Source: Oscillospiraceae bacterium (GTDB lineage: Bacteria > Bacillota > Clostridia > Oscillospirales > Oscillospiraceae). Taken from it: 64,000 nt of DNA. Both the position numbers and the translations under genes were made by a program. Numbering within the stretch: the stretch's first letter is position 1; the number at the start of each line of letters is the position of its first letter. A model generated the notes under the pieces. It ran no database searches, had not been told where the DNA came from, and was given only the letters and a program-made list of their open reading frames with translations. Location of the stretch: the NCBI GenBank assembly GCA_017515345.1, contig JAFWFZ010000007.1, positions 3,678-67,677 of the forward strand, written 5' to 3'. This document shows, piece by piece, positions 55,224 to 64,000 of the stretch.

Positions 55224-55250
55224 TTAGCACTCTCATGATCAGAGTGCTAA
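55224..55250 (+). promoter_or_regulatory. CIRCE operator (HrcA binding site), perfect consensus
   Basis: TTAGCACTC-TCATGATCA-GAGTGCTAA matches TTAGCACTC-N9-GAGTGCTAA 18/18. A possible promoter, TTAGCA-18-TAAAAT (55224-55253), overlaps it. It lies 128 nt upstream of hsp20. Confidence 0.9.
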
Positions 55251-55378
55251 AATTAACATTCCGTTCAAAAAAAGATCACATAAAAAACACAAATGGGGGA
55301 TACACTAAAACCGTTCAAAAGAGGAACGGCCGGAAGGCATGGGCCGGACGGCCTGTTAGATAAAAGGAGGCATTTATC

Positions 55379-55834
55379 ATGTTTGAACTCAGACCCTTCA
55401 ACCGCAGACAGCATGCGCTTACCTACAATCCGTTCCGTGAGATGGACGAATTCGAGAAGAACTTCTTCGGTTCCCCCTTCGGCTTCTTCGGCGAGCGGGG
55501 GCTCAGCGACTTCCGCACCGACGTGACCGACAACGGCGACAGCTACCTGCTGGAGGCCGATCTCCCCGGCTTTGACAAGAAGGACATCACCATGGACGTC
55601 AGCGGCGACGTGCTGACCATCCGGGCCGAGCGCCACTCCGACCACGAGGACAAATCGAAGCAGGACAAATACATCCGCTGCGAGCGGTCCTACGGCTGCT
55701 ACACCAGGGAGTTCGACGTATCCGGCATCGACACGGACCACATCAAGGCAAAGTACACCGACGGCGTGCTCCGTCTCGAGATGCCCAAGAAGCAGCAGGA
55801 GCTGCCCGAGGCCAAGCACCTGGAGATCGAGTAA
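55379..55834 (+). CDS. Small heat-shock protein, Hsp20/alpha-crystallin family
   Basis: 151 aa with an alpha-crystallin domain (YLLEADLPGFDKKDI, GVLRLEMPK) and an AAGGAGG RBS. Confidence 0.92.
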   Translation: MFELRPFNRRQHALTYNPFREMDEFEKNFFGSPFGFFGERGLSDFRTDVTDNGDSYLLEADLPGFDKKDITMDVSGDVLTIRAERHSDHEDKSKQDKYIRCERSYGCYTREFDVSGIDTDHIKAKYTDGVLRLEMPKKQQELPEAKHLEIE

Positions 55835-55863
55835 GCGCGAACGCCAAAACGGCACAAAACGAT

Positions 55864-55896
55864 AAAAGCGGCACGACCAGGGGTCGTGCCGCTTTT
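55864..55896. terminator. Bidirectional intrinsic terminator (hsp20 / SDR convergent)
   Basis: 15-bp stem AAAAGCGGCACGACC/GGTCGTGCCGCTTTT with loop AGG. Confidence 0.8.
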
Positions 55897-55972
55897 ATCA
55901 TTTGTCAGCAGTTTCCGCGCCGGAGGACGCAGAGCGCGCGGCGCGGACGGAGCTGGTCCGGTTTGTCTGCGC

Positions 55973-56764
55973 TTACAGCCTTGTTGAGAAGCCGCCGTCG
56001 ATCTTGATGTCGGCGCCGTTGATGTAGTCCGACGCGGGAGAGGCGAGGAACACGGCCAGGCCCATCAGGTCGGCCAGGGTGCCCCAGCGGCCGTTGGAGA
56101 TCCGGTCGGTGATGTGCTGATAGAACACGGGGTCGTCGCTGACGGCGCGGTTGACCTCGGTCTGGATGAAGCCCGGGCAGATGGCGTTGCACTGGATGTT
56201 GTAGGGGCCCAGCTCGCTGGCGAAGCTGCGGGTGATGCCGATGACGCCGTGCTTGGCGGTGACGTAGGACGGGCACTTGAAGTCGGCGGTGTAGCTGAGC
56301 GCGGAGCCGATATTGATGATCTTGCCGCCGCCCTGCTTGGCCATGACCTTGGCCACCTCATGGCCCATGTAGTACACGGACATCATGTTGGTCTCCACGA
56401 CGCGCCTGAAGCCGTCGTCCGGGAACTCCAGGAAGTCCGCGAAGCAGTTGGTGCCCGCGTTGTTCACCAGGATGTCGATGCGGCCGTAGGCGGCGAGGCA
56501 GGCGTCGATGACGCGGTGGATGTAGTCCATGTCGTTGATGTCGCCCTGCAGGAACTCCACGCGGCGGCCGGCGTCCTCCACCAGCTTCTTCACGTCGGAG
56601 ACGTCGTCCAGGTAGTGGGGGATGAACAGGTCGGCGCCCGCCTTGGCGAACGCGGCGGCATAGCCCATGCCCAGGCCGGTGTTGGCGCCGGTGACGATGG
56701 CCACCTTGCCCTTCAGGCTGAACATATCCATGGAGAACTGCTGGATCATTTCGATGTTGGTCAT
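55973..56764 (-). CDS. SDR-family oxidoreductase, KduD / gluconate-5-dehydrogenase-like
   Basis: 263 aa from ATG 56764 (GAGGTG RBS) with TGANTGLG and the catalytic YVTAKHG. Confidence 0.8.
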   Translation of the reverse strand: MTNIEMIQQFSMDMFSLKGKVAIVTGANTGLGMGYAAAFAKAGADLFIPHYLDDVSDVKKLVEDAGRRVEFLQGDINDMDYIHRVIDACLAAYGRIDILVNNAGTNCFADFLEFPDDGFRRVVETNMMSVYYMGHEVAKVMAKQGGGKIINIGSALSYTADFKCPSYVTAKHGVIGITRSFASELGPYNIQCNAICPGFIQTEVNRAVSDDPVFYQHITDRISNGRWGTLADLMGLAVFLASPASDYINGADIKIDGGFSTRL

Positions 56765-56835
56765 TGGATGCACCTCATTCTTCAGAGTATGCGCGGGTAC
56801 AGGACGCACCCGCGCATCATTTGTCTTGATTATCC

Positions 56836-57804
56836 TTATTTAAGGAGATTGGCGACGGTCTTCGCGATACTGTCGGGATCCATGCCGTAGTAGGCGTAGA
56901 TGGCGTCGGTCTCGCCCAGGACGGCGAACTCGTCGGGCAGGCCGATCCTCTTGAACTTGCCGTGGAAGCCCGCCTCCAGCAGGAACTCGGCCACGGCGCC
57001 GCCCAGGCCGCCGTTTATGGAGTGCTCCTCCACGGTGACGATGTTGCCCGTCTCCCTGGCGCACTTCAGGAGCATATCGGTGTCCATGGGCTTGATGGTG
57101 TGCATGTCGATGACGCGGGCGCTGATGCCGTATTCCTCCTTCAGCTTCTTCGCGCCCATCATGGACCAGTACACGGGGGAACCGGCGGAGACGATGGTCA
57201 CGTCGGTGCCGGGCAGGGTCTCGATGGCCTTGCCGAACTCGAACTCATAGTCGTTGTCGGCGTAGACGGCGGGAGAACCGGCGCGGTCGATGCGGATGAC
57301 CATGGGGCCCTGGAAGGTCAGGGACTGGCGGACGGCCTTGCAGCACTGGGCCGCGTCCGCGGGGACGACCACGGTCAGGTTGGGGATGGCGCGGTAGAGC
57401 GCCAGGTCCGCGATGCAGTTATGGGTGGGGCCGCCGCCGGCGGTGACGCCCGCGTGGGTGCCGATGAGGCGCACGTTCACATCGTTGTAGGCGATGTCGG
57501 TGTGGATCTGGTCCGCGCTGCGCAGGGAGAGGAACGGGCCCATGACCTGGGCGTAGACCACCTCGCCCGCCAGCGCCATGCCGCAGGACGCGCCCACCTG
57601 GCCGGGCTCCGCGATGCCGAAGTTGAAGCAGCGCTCGGGATATGCCTTCACCAGCTTGCCCGCTGAGGACGAGGGCGCCACATTGTCGGTGTAGGTGAAT
57701 ACGAAATCAAGGCCGTCGTCGGCCATGCGCTTGAGCTCTTCGCCGTATGCCTCTCTCGCGTTGGAAAGCATCTGGTCGAAGTCAAAGGTCGTTTTTACTG
57801 CCAT
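56836..57804 (-). CDS. Transketolase, C-terminal (pyrimidine-binding) subunit
   Basis: 322 aa, the second half of a split transketolase. It overlaps the N-terminal subunit gene by 10 nt. Confidence 0.9.
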   Translation of the reverse strand: MAVKTTFDFDQMLSNAREAYGEELKRMADDGLDFVFTYTDNVAPSSSAGKLVKAYPERCFNFGIAEPGQVGASCGMALAGEVVYAQVMGPFLSLRSADQIHTDIAYNDVNVRLIGTHAGVTAGGGPTHNCIADLALYRAIPNLTVVVPADAAQCCKAVRQSLTFQGPMVIRIDRAGSPAVYADNDYEFEFGKAIETLPGTDVTIVSAGSPVYWSMMGAKKLKEEYGISARVIDMHTIKPMDTDMLLKCARETGNIVTVEEHSINGGLGGAVAEFLLEAGFHGKFKRIGLPDEFAVLGETDAIYAYYGMDPDSIAKTVANLLK

Positions 57805-58682
57805 TTACTTTTCCGCTCCTTCCAGTTCTTTTCCAGAGACTCGATCGCCCTGTTGTAATCCTCCTCGTTGATGCCGCCGCCGTGCCACTTCACCTGGCCG
57901 GCCATGAAATCCACATCGTGGCCCTTCTCGGTCTTGGCGAGGATGGCGATGGGCTTCCTGCGGGTGACGGGATCCGCCTCGGGCAGGGTATCCAGCACCT
58001 GGCACACCTGGAGCATGTCGTTGCCGTCCTCGATGACGCGCACGTCCCAGCCGAAGGCCTCCAGGCGCTTGTCCAGCGGCTCATGGTTCATGATCTCGCT
58101 GGTGGGGCCGGTCATCTGGAGCCCGTTCTTATCCACGATGAGCACCAGGTTGCCCAGCTGATAGTGGCCCGCGGCCATGATGGCCTCCCAGTTGGAGCCC
58201 TCGTCCAGCTCGCCGTCGCCGGTCATGACGGTGACGCGCCACTTGGCCTTCTGCTTCCGGCCGGCCAGCGCCATGCCCACGGAGATGGGGAGGCCGTGGC
58301 CCAGGGAGCCCGCGGAGACCTCGATCTGGGGGCAATACTTGCGGTTCGTGTGCATGCCGAACTTGGACTTGTCCAGGCACTCGAAGTTGTCGATCATATA
58401 CTGCAGGCTGTAGGCGCCCAGGTTGGAGAAGATGCAGTAGAGCGTCTCGCTGCAGTGGCCCTTGGAGAGGATGAACCGGTCGCGCTCGGGATTGTGGGGA
58501 TCCAGCACGTTATAGTTCATGTAGCGGTAGTACATGGCCACGGCGGCCTCCACCATGCTGAGCTCGCCGCCCAGATGGCCCATGCCGATGTTGTACACGA
58601 GGGTGAGGAGATCATGGCGGACCTTGTAGCAGCGCTCCTCCAGCTCATGAACAGTGGCGATGTCGATGGGTTTTACGTTCAT
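57795..58682 (-). CDS. Transketolase, N-terminal (TPP-binding) subunit
   Basis: 295 aa with the TPP motif MTGDGELDEGSNWEA. Confidence 0.9.
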   Translation of the reverse strand: MNVKPIDIATVHELEERCYKVRHDLLTLVYNIGMGHLGGELSMVEAAVAMYYRYMNYNVLDPHNPERDRFILSKGHCSETLYCIFSNLGAYSLQYMIDNFECLDKSKFGMHTNRKYCPQIEVSAGSLGHGLPISVGMALAGRKQKAKWRVTVMTGDGELDEGSNWEAIMAAGHYQLGNLVLIVDKNGLQMTGPTSEIMNHEPLDKRLEAFGWDVRVIEDGNDMLQVCQVLDTLPEADPVTRRKPIAILAKTEKGHDVDFMAGQVKWHGGGINEEDYNRAIESLEKNWKERKSKWQ

Positions 58683-58704
58683 GGGTGAATTGCTCCTTTT
58701 CTAT

Positions 58705-59763
58705 TTATTCGCCGGGAAATTCGTTGCAGCGGATGAGGATCTTGGGATACTTGCCGGTGACCTGGGTGGCGAAAGCCTCCTCCGCGTCGTCGATGTCGAA
58801 AACCTTGCTGGTAAAGTCCTCAAGCTGGAACCGGGGCATGATCTGCAGGGCGCGGGGGAAGGCGTAGGGCGCCACGTAGAGGCCGGTGATGGTCAGCTCG
58901 TTGAAGTAGCAGTATTTGTAGAGGTTCAGGGGCATCTCGTAGGTGTTGGGATACATGGCGGCGTAGATGAGCTTGCCGCCCTTGGCGGTGATGCCGGGCA
59001 GCGGATACACCGCGTGGACGGAGCCGGAGCAGTCGATGACCACGTCGTAGCCCAGGCCCCTGGTGATCTTCATGGCGGCCTCGGTCACGTCCTCGGCCAC
59101 GGGGTCGATCACATGGAGGGCGCCGTATTTCTTCGCCAGCTCGCGGCGCTCGGCAATGGGCTCGATCAGGGTGATGTCGGTGCCGCCGGACATATGGATG
59201 GCCTGCAGCGCCAGAAGGCCGATGGGGCCGCCGCCCGAGATGGCCACGCGCTCGCCCAGCTTGAGCTGGACCTTGTCCATGAGGCGGGTGGCGATGGAAA
59301 TGGGCTCCAGCAGGCAGCCGGTCTTGAGGCTCACGTCGTCGGGCAGCTTGAAGACCTGGGACTCGTGCCATACGATGGTCTCGCTCATGCCGGGGTAGTT
59401 GGTGGCGTTGCAGTGCTCGCAGAACTGCTCCTGCCCGTTGCGGCAGTAGTAGCAGGTGCCGCAGAAATGCAGGAAGTTGCCGGCGACCCGGTCGCCCACC
59501 TTCAGGCCCTTCTTCGTGGCCTTGGGGCCCACCTCGATGATGACGCCGGAGAGCTCATGCCCCAGGCCGTAGGGGGGATCCCAGCCGAAAATGTTCTCCA
59601 CCAGATGGGGGTCGGAGCCGCAGATGGCGCAGTACGCGACCTTGATGCGCACGTCCTCGTCCCCGAGAGGCTGCTCCGGAATGTCGCAGACTTGCACGCG
59701 GCCCCTGGTCTCCTCATTGGGGTCGCGCAGGCTGCCGACCTTCACGACAGTAACGGATTTCAT
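58705..59763 (-). CDS. Zn-dependent medium-chain polyol/alcohol dehydrogenase
   Basis: 352 aa with the catalytic Zn motif CAICGSDPH, a structural Zn cluster (CGTCYYCRNGQEQFC) and a Rossmann motif (SGGGPIG). Confidence 0.88.
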   Translation of the reverse strand: MKSVTVVKVGSLRDPNEETRGRVQVCDIPEQPLGDEDVRIKVAYCAICGSDPHLVENIFGWDPPYGLGHELSGVIIEVGPKATKKGLKVGDRVAGNFLHFCGTCYYCRNGQEQFCEHCNATNYPGMSETIVWHESQVFKLPDDVSLKTGCLLEPISIATRLMDKVQLKLGERVAISGGGPIGLLALQAIHMSGGTDITLIEPIAERRELAKKYGALHVIDPVAEDVTEAAMKITRGLGYDVVIDCSGSVHAVYPLPGITAKGGKLIYAAMYPNTYEMPLNLYKYCYFNELTITGLYVAPYAFPRALQIMPRFQLEDFTSKVFDIDDAEEAFATQVTGKYPKILIRCNEFPGE

Positions 59764-59816
59764 ACGTTCTTCCTCCTGTTCATTTGGATATACGGTTTTA
59801 ACATGCTTATGGGCAC

Positions 59817-59845
59817 ATTATACTGTTTCGCGCATTCTTTTACAA
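59817..59845 (-). promoter_or_regulatory. Putative sigma-A promoter of the adh-tkt-SDR operon
   Basis: Minus strand reads TTGTAA, 17 nt, then TATAAT. Confidence 0.6.
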
Positions 59846-59977
59846 GAGGATTTTCCGATATTGTCTTTTTTTCAGGACGGGGCGTGTTACAATAAATTTA
59901 CACTTTGGTCTTTATTTTTCGAGTGAAATATATTAGAATACTGGTTGAAATCTGATAGATGCAAGCGGAGGTCAGCT

Positions 59978-60694
59978 ATGGGCGAAAACAAACCTGTTTA
60001 CAAGCGTGTTCTCATAAAGCTCAGCGGCGAGGCCCTGGCGGGCAGCAAGTCCCAGGGGCTCGATTTCGACGTGATGAACGACGTGTGCCGCGTCATCAAG
60101 AAATGCGTCGGCGAAGGAGTGGAGGTCGGCATCGTGGTGGGCGGCGGCAACTTCTGGCGCGGCGCCAAGGACGGCGTCCGGATGGAGCGGTCCCGGGCCG
60201 ACCACATGGGCATGATGGCCACCGTTATGAACTGCCTTGCCCTGGCGGACGTGCTGGAGCAGATGGACGTGCCCGTCCGGGTCCAGACCGCGCTGGAGAT
60301 CCGCGCCGTGGCGGAGCCGTATATCCGCCTCAAGGCGGACAAGCACCTGAAGAACGGCCGGGTGGTCATCTTCGGCTGCGGCACCGGCAACCCCTTCTTC
60401 TCCACCGATACCGCCGCGGTGCTCCGGGCCGCCGAGATCGGGGCGGACGCGATCCTGCTGGCAAAGAACGTGGACGGCGTGTACAGCGCCGATCCCAAGG
60501 TGGATCCCTCCGCCGTGAAGTACGACACCATCACCTATGACGAGGTCCTGGCAAAGCACCTCACCGTGATGGATTCCACCGCCACCTCGCTTTCCATGGA
60601 CAACCACATCCCCGTGATCCTGTTCGCGCTGAAGGATCCCGAAAACATCCACCGCGTCATCATGGGAGAAAAGATCGGCACCATCGTTGGCTGA
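59978..60694 (+). CDS. pyrH: UMP kinase
   Basis: 238 aa from ATG 59978 ([22 protein letters not shown]). Confidence 0.93.
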   Translation: MGENKPVYKRVLIKLSGEALAGSKSQGLDFDVMNDVCRVIKKCVGEGVEVGIVVGGGNFWRGAKDGVRMERSRADHMGMMATVMNCLALADVLEQMDVPVRVQTALEIRAVAEPYIRLKADKHLKNGRVVIFGCGTGNPFFSTDTAAVLRAAEIGADAILLAKNVDGVYSADPKVDPSAVKYDTITYDEVLAKHLTVMDSTATSLSMDNHIPVILFALKDPENIHRVIMGEKIGTIVG

Positions 60695-60730
60695 CCTGCC
60701 GGTCGAACCGATATAAAGGAGGACGACAAC

Positions 60731-61285
60731 ATGAGTACAGGCTACGAAGCATACGAAAACAGAATGAAGAAAACGGTGGAGGTGCTGCAGACCCAGAACG
60801 CGTCCGTCCGCGCGGGCCGCGCGAACGCCGCCGTGCTGGACCAGATCACCGTGGAATACTACGGCGCGGCCACGCCCATCCACCAGATCGCCTCCATCTC
60901 CACCCCCGATCCCCGGACCCTGGTGATCCAGCCCTGGGACGCCTCTTCCCTCAAGGCCATCGAAAAGGCGATCCAGGCCTCCGACCTGGGCATCAACCCC
61001 CAGAACGACGGCCGCCTGCTGCGGCTGGTGTTCCCCCAGCTCACGGAGGAGCGCCGCAAGGAGCTGGCAAAGCAGGTGACGAAATACGGCGAGGAGAGCA
61101 AGGTCGCCATCCGCAACATCCGCCGCGACGCCATGGAGAGCTTCAAGGCGCAGAAGAAAAAATCCGAGATCACCGAGGATGACCTGAAGGACATCGAGAA
61201 GGATATGCAGAAGCTCACCGACGACTACATCAAAAAGATCGACGGCGTCACCGAGGCCAAGATCAAGGAGCTTCAGGCCATCTGA
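60731..61285 (+). CDS. frr: Ribosome recycling factor
   Basis: 184 aa; the gene order is pyrH-frr-uppS-cdsA-dxr. Confidence 0.95.
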   Translation: MSTGYEAYENRMKKTVEVLQTQNASVRAGRANAAVLDQITVEYYGAATPIHQIASISTPDPRTLVIQPWDASSLKAIEKAIQASDLGINPQNDGRLLRLVFPQLTEERRKELAKQVTKYGEESKVAIRNIRRDAMESFKAQKKKSEITEDDLKDIEKDMQKLTDDYIKKIDGVTEAKIKELQAI

Positions 61286-62025
61286 TGGGTCTTTTCAGCA
61301 AGAGAAGGGATACGGCGGGGCAGCTCGACATGTCGAAGCTCCCCCGCCATATTGCCATCATTATGGACGGGAACGGCCGCTGGGCGAAAAAGCGCGGCCT
61401 TCCCAGGCAGGCGGGACACGCCGCCGGGGCGGAGACGTTCCGGCGCATCGCCACCTGCTGCCGGGACATGGGGATCGGGCACTTCACCGTCTACGCCTTC
61501 TCCACGGAGAACTGGAAGCGGCCGCCGGAGGAGGTGGCCGCCATCATGTCCCTGCTGGAGAAGTATCTCCACGAGGCCATCGAAAAGATGGAGCGGGACG
61601 GGGTGCGCCTCAGGATCCTGGGGGATACCTCCGTCCTGTCGCCGGAGCTGCGCGCCCTCATCGCGGAGACCGACGAGCTGAGCCGGCACATCACCGGCAT
61701 GCAGGCCAACATCTGCCTCAACTACGGCGGCCGGGACGAAATAATCCGGGCCGCCCGGGCATATGCTGAAAAGTACCGGGAGACGGGAGAGCCCCTCACC
61801 GAGGAGTCTTTCGCGGGCTACCTCTACACCGCGGGCATCCCGGACCCCGATCTCATCATCCGTCCCAGCGGGGAATACCGGCTCTCGAATTTCCTCATGT
61901 GGCAGTCGGCCTACTCCGAGCTCTATTTCACCGACACCCTCTGGCCCGATTTCACGGAGGAGGAGCTGCGCCGCGCCATCATCAGCTATCAGCACCGGGA
62001 CAGACGATTCGGAGGGATCAAATGA
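61285..62025 (+). CDS. uppS: Undecaprenyl-diphosphate synthase
   Basis: 246 aa with [10 protein letters not shown] and [17 protein letters not shown]. Confidence 0.93.
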   Translation: MGLFSKRRDTAGQLDMSKLPRHIAIIMDGNGRWAKKRGLPRQAGHAAGAETFRRIATCCRDMGIGHFTVYAFSTENWKRPPEEVAAIMSLLEKYLHEAIEKMERDGVRLRILGDTSVLSPELRALIAETDELSRHITGMQANICLNYGGRDEIIRAARAYAEKYRETGEPLTEESFAGYLYTAGIPDPDLIIRPSGEYRLSNFLMWQSAYSELYFTDTLWPDFTEEELRRAIISYQHRDRRFGGIK

Positions 62026-62837
62026 AATCAAGACTCATCGTGGCGGCCGTCTGCGTTCCGCTTCTGTTCGTTGTGATGTTTTTCCTGCCGCCCATCGGCA
62101 TCGGCGTCGTCATGGCGGCCGTGTGCGCCCTCTCCTCCTGGGAGCTCATCGGCGGCGTCACGCCGGATGCGGGGCTCTTCCCCCGGATCTGCGCCGCCGT
62201 ATCCGCCGCCGCCATGCCCGTGTGCGAGGCCCTGGGCGCGGGCCGCTGGGCGATCCCCCTGGCGGCGCTGCTTCTGGTGACCGCCCTGTTCGCGCGGGCC
62301 GTCGCCGGCTACGAGCGCGAAAAGCCCTTCCGGTTCGCCGATCTGGCCATGCAGGTCTTCGCCGGCGCCGTCATGCCCGCCCTCCTCACCCTGATCGTCA
62401 GCCTGCGGCGCATGCCCGACGGCAGGCTCCTCGTGCTGCTGCCGTTCATCGCCGCCTTCGTGTCGGACGGCGGCGCCTATTTCGCCGGCCTGTATCTGGG
62501 CAGGCGCAGGGCGTTTCCCCGTGTCTCCCCCAAGAAAACGGTGGAGGGGTGCGCGGGCGGCCTCGTCGCCGGCGTGCTCATCATGCTCATCTACGGGCTC
62601 ATCCTGTCCCTGTGCGGACTGCATATCATCATTTGGCGCATCGCCGTTTACGGCGTGCTGGGCGCCGCCGCCACCGAGATCGGCGACCTGGCCTTCTCCC
62701 TGGTCAAGCGGGAGCACGGCATCAAGGATTACGGCAATCTGCTGCCCGGCCACGGCGGCATGCTGGACCGGTTCGACAGTATGGTCTTCGCCGCGCCCAT
62801 GCTCTACGTGCTGGCGGCGCTGCTGCCCGCCTTCTGA
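62022..62837 (+). CDS. cdsA: Phosphatidate cytidylyltransferase
   Basis: 271 aa from ATG 62022 (ATGA overlap with uppS) with the signature [28 protein letters not shown]. Confidence 0.88.
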   Translation: MKSRLIVAAVCVPLLFVVMFFLPPIGIGVVMAAVCALSSWELIGGVTPDAGLFPRICAAVSAAAMPVCEALGAGRWAIPLAALLLVTALFARAVAGYEREKPFRFADLAMQVFAGAVMPALLTLIVSLRRMPDGRLLVLLPFIAAFVSDGGAYFAGLYLGRRRAFPRVSPKKTVEGCAGGLVAGVLIMLIYGLILSLCGLHIIIWRIAVYGVLGAAATEIGDLAFSLVKREHGIKDYGNLLPGHGGMLDRFDSMVFAAPMLYVLAALLPAF

Positions 62838-62854
62838 CCGCGGGAGGCGCGCCA

Positions 62855-64000
62855 TGCTTGAAAACGGCTCAAAGAACATCAGCGTGCTGGGCTCCACCGG
62901 CTCCATCGGCCGCCAGACCCTGGAGGTGTGCGAAAAGCTCGGCATCCGCGTATCCGCCCTGGCGGCCCGCTCCAGCGTGAAGCTGCTGGAGGCGCAGGCA
63001 AGGCGGTTTTCGCCCTCTCTCGTGTCGGTTTTTGACGAAAAGGCGGCCGCCGACCTGAGGGTCCGGCTGGCGGATACGGATATCCGCGTCGCGTCCGGGG
63101 AGGGCGGGCTCACGGAGGCCGCCGTCCTGCCGGAGGCGGATACCGCGGTCACCGCCGTGGTGGGCACCGTGGGCCTGAAGCCCACCCTGGCCGCCATCAA
63201 GGCGAAAAAGCGCATCGCCCTGGCCAACAAGGAGACGCTGGTCTGCGCCGGGTCCCTTGTCATGGCGGAGGCGAGGGCAAACGGGGCGGAGATCCTCCCC
63301 GTGGACTCGGAGCATTCCGCCATCTTCCAGTGCATCGGCGCCGCGCGGCGGCACGTGAAGCGCATCCTGCTCACGGCGTCCGGCGGTCCCTTCTTCGGAA
63401 AGAGCCGGGAGGAGCTGCGCTCCGTCACCCCGGAGATGGCGCTGAAGCACCCCAACTGGAGCATGGGGCCCAAGGTCACCGTCGACTCGGCCACCATGAT
63501 GAACAAGGGGCTGGAGATCATCGAGGCCATGCACCTCTTCTCCGTCCCGCCGGAGGCGATCCGCGTCCTGGTGCACCGGCAGAGCATCGTCCACTCCATG
63601 GTGGAGTTTGCGGACAATGCCGTGATCGCCCAGCTCGCCCCGCCGGATATGCGCCTGCCCATCCAGTACGCGCTCACGTATCCGGAACGGGCGGAGTCCC
63701 TGTGCCCGGAGGCGGATTTTTCCTCCATGCCTCCCCTCACCTTCGCGGACCCCGACCTGGAGTCGTTCCCCTGCCTGCGCCTCGCCATGGAAACGGCGAA
63801 GCGGCCAGGCACCGCCTGCGCCGTGATGAACGCGGCGAACGAGGCGGCGGTGGGGCTGTTCCTCCGGGGCCGGATCGGCTTTTACGGGATCTATGAATCC
63901 GTCGCGGGCGCGCTGGACAGAATAGAAAACACCGCCTCCCCCACGCCGGAGGATATCCTCGCGGCCGACGCGGCGGCGAGGGAATACGTATCCCGCGCGT
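62855..64000 (+). CDS. dxr: 1-deoxy-D-xylulose-5-phosphate reductoisomerase (3' end beyond the right edge)
   Basis: My own translation from ATG 62855 gives MLENGSKNISVLGSTGSIGRQTL...LANKETLV...DSEHSAIFQC...NWSMGPKVTVDSATMMNKGLE. It is open to the window end and is not in the ORF track. Confidence 0.9.

Overview
By eye this is a GC-rich, spore-forming Firmicutes/Clostridia-type chromosomal segment. The markers are spoIIAA-spoIIAB-sigF, spoIIE, whiA and Gram-positive style operons. It is overwhelmingly core housekeeping. I call 59 CDS, two of them truncated by the window edges, and find no rRNA, tRNA, CRISPR array, transposase or integrase. Left to right the genes are: rpoD'-dnaG-dgt (-); trkH-trkA-lipase (+); the sigma-F operon (-); valS (-); spoIIE (+); a redox islet of a flavodiiron protein, two Fe-S enoate-reductase paralogs and a MATE pump (12.9-19.6 kb); six small accessory genes (19.7-24.6 kb); a 27-gene minus-strand block from hprK to rpsU (24.8-49.7 kb) holding murB, rapZ, yvcK, whiA, dprA, topA, trmFO, plsX, acpP, rnc, smc, ftsY, rdgB, yhbY, nadD-yqeK, an LCP gene, rsfS and leuS; then on the plus strand rpmB, proC, dapF, glmM, an LbH acetyltransferase, nagB and hsp20; a minus-strand adh, split-transketolase, SDR operon; and pyrH-frr-uppS-cdsA-dxr'. 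In this GC-rich background, near-consensus sigma-A promoters and intrinsic terminators stand out, and I list those whose coordinates I could fix. I do not see a convincing multi-gene novel system such as a defence island. The most unexplained signal is a ~380-nt non-coding, hairpin-dense, purine-rich segment with repeated loop motifs at 54.84-55.21 kb, just upstream of a perfect CIRCE operator and hsp20. Secondary leads are an SPFH-plus-Zn-ribbon gene pair, a membrane-anchored XRE regulator with a DEDDh exonuclease, and the twin enoate-reductase/MATE/FprA islet. The many long antisense or alternate-frame ORFs in the track are stop-codon-poor GC artefacts. All family assignments rest on motifs I recognise in the translations, not on database searches.
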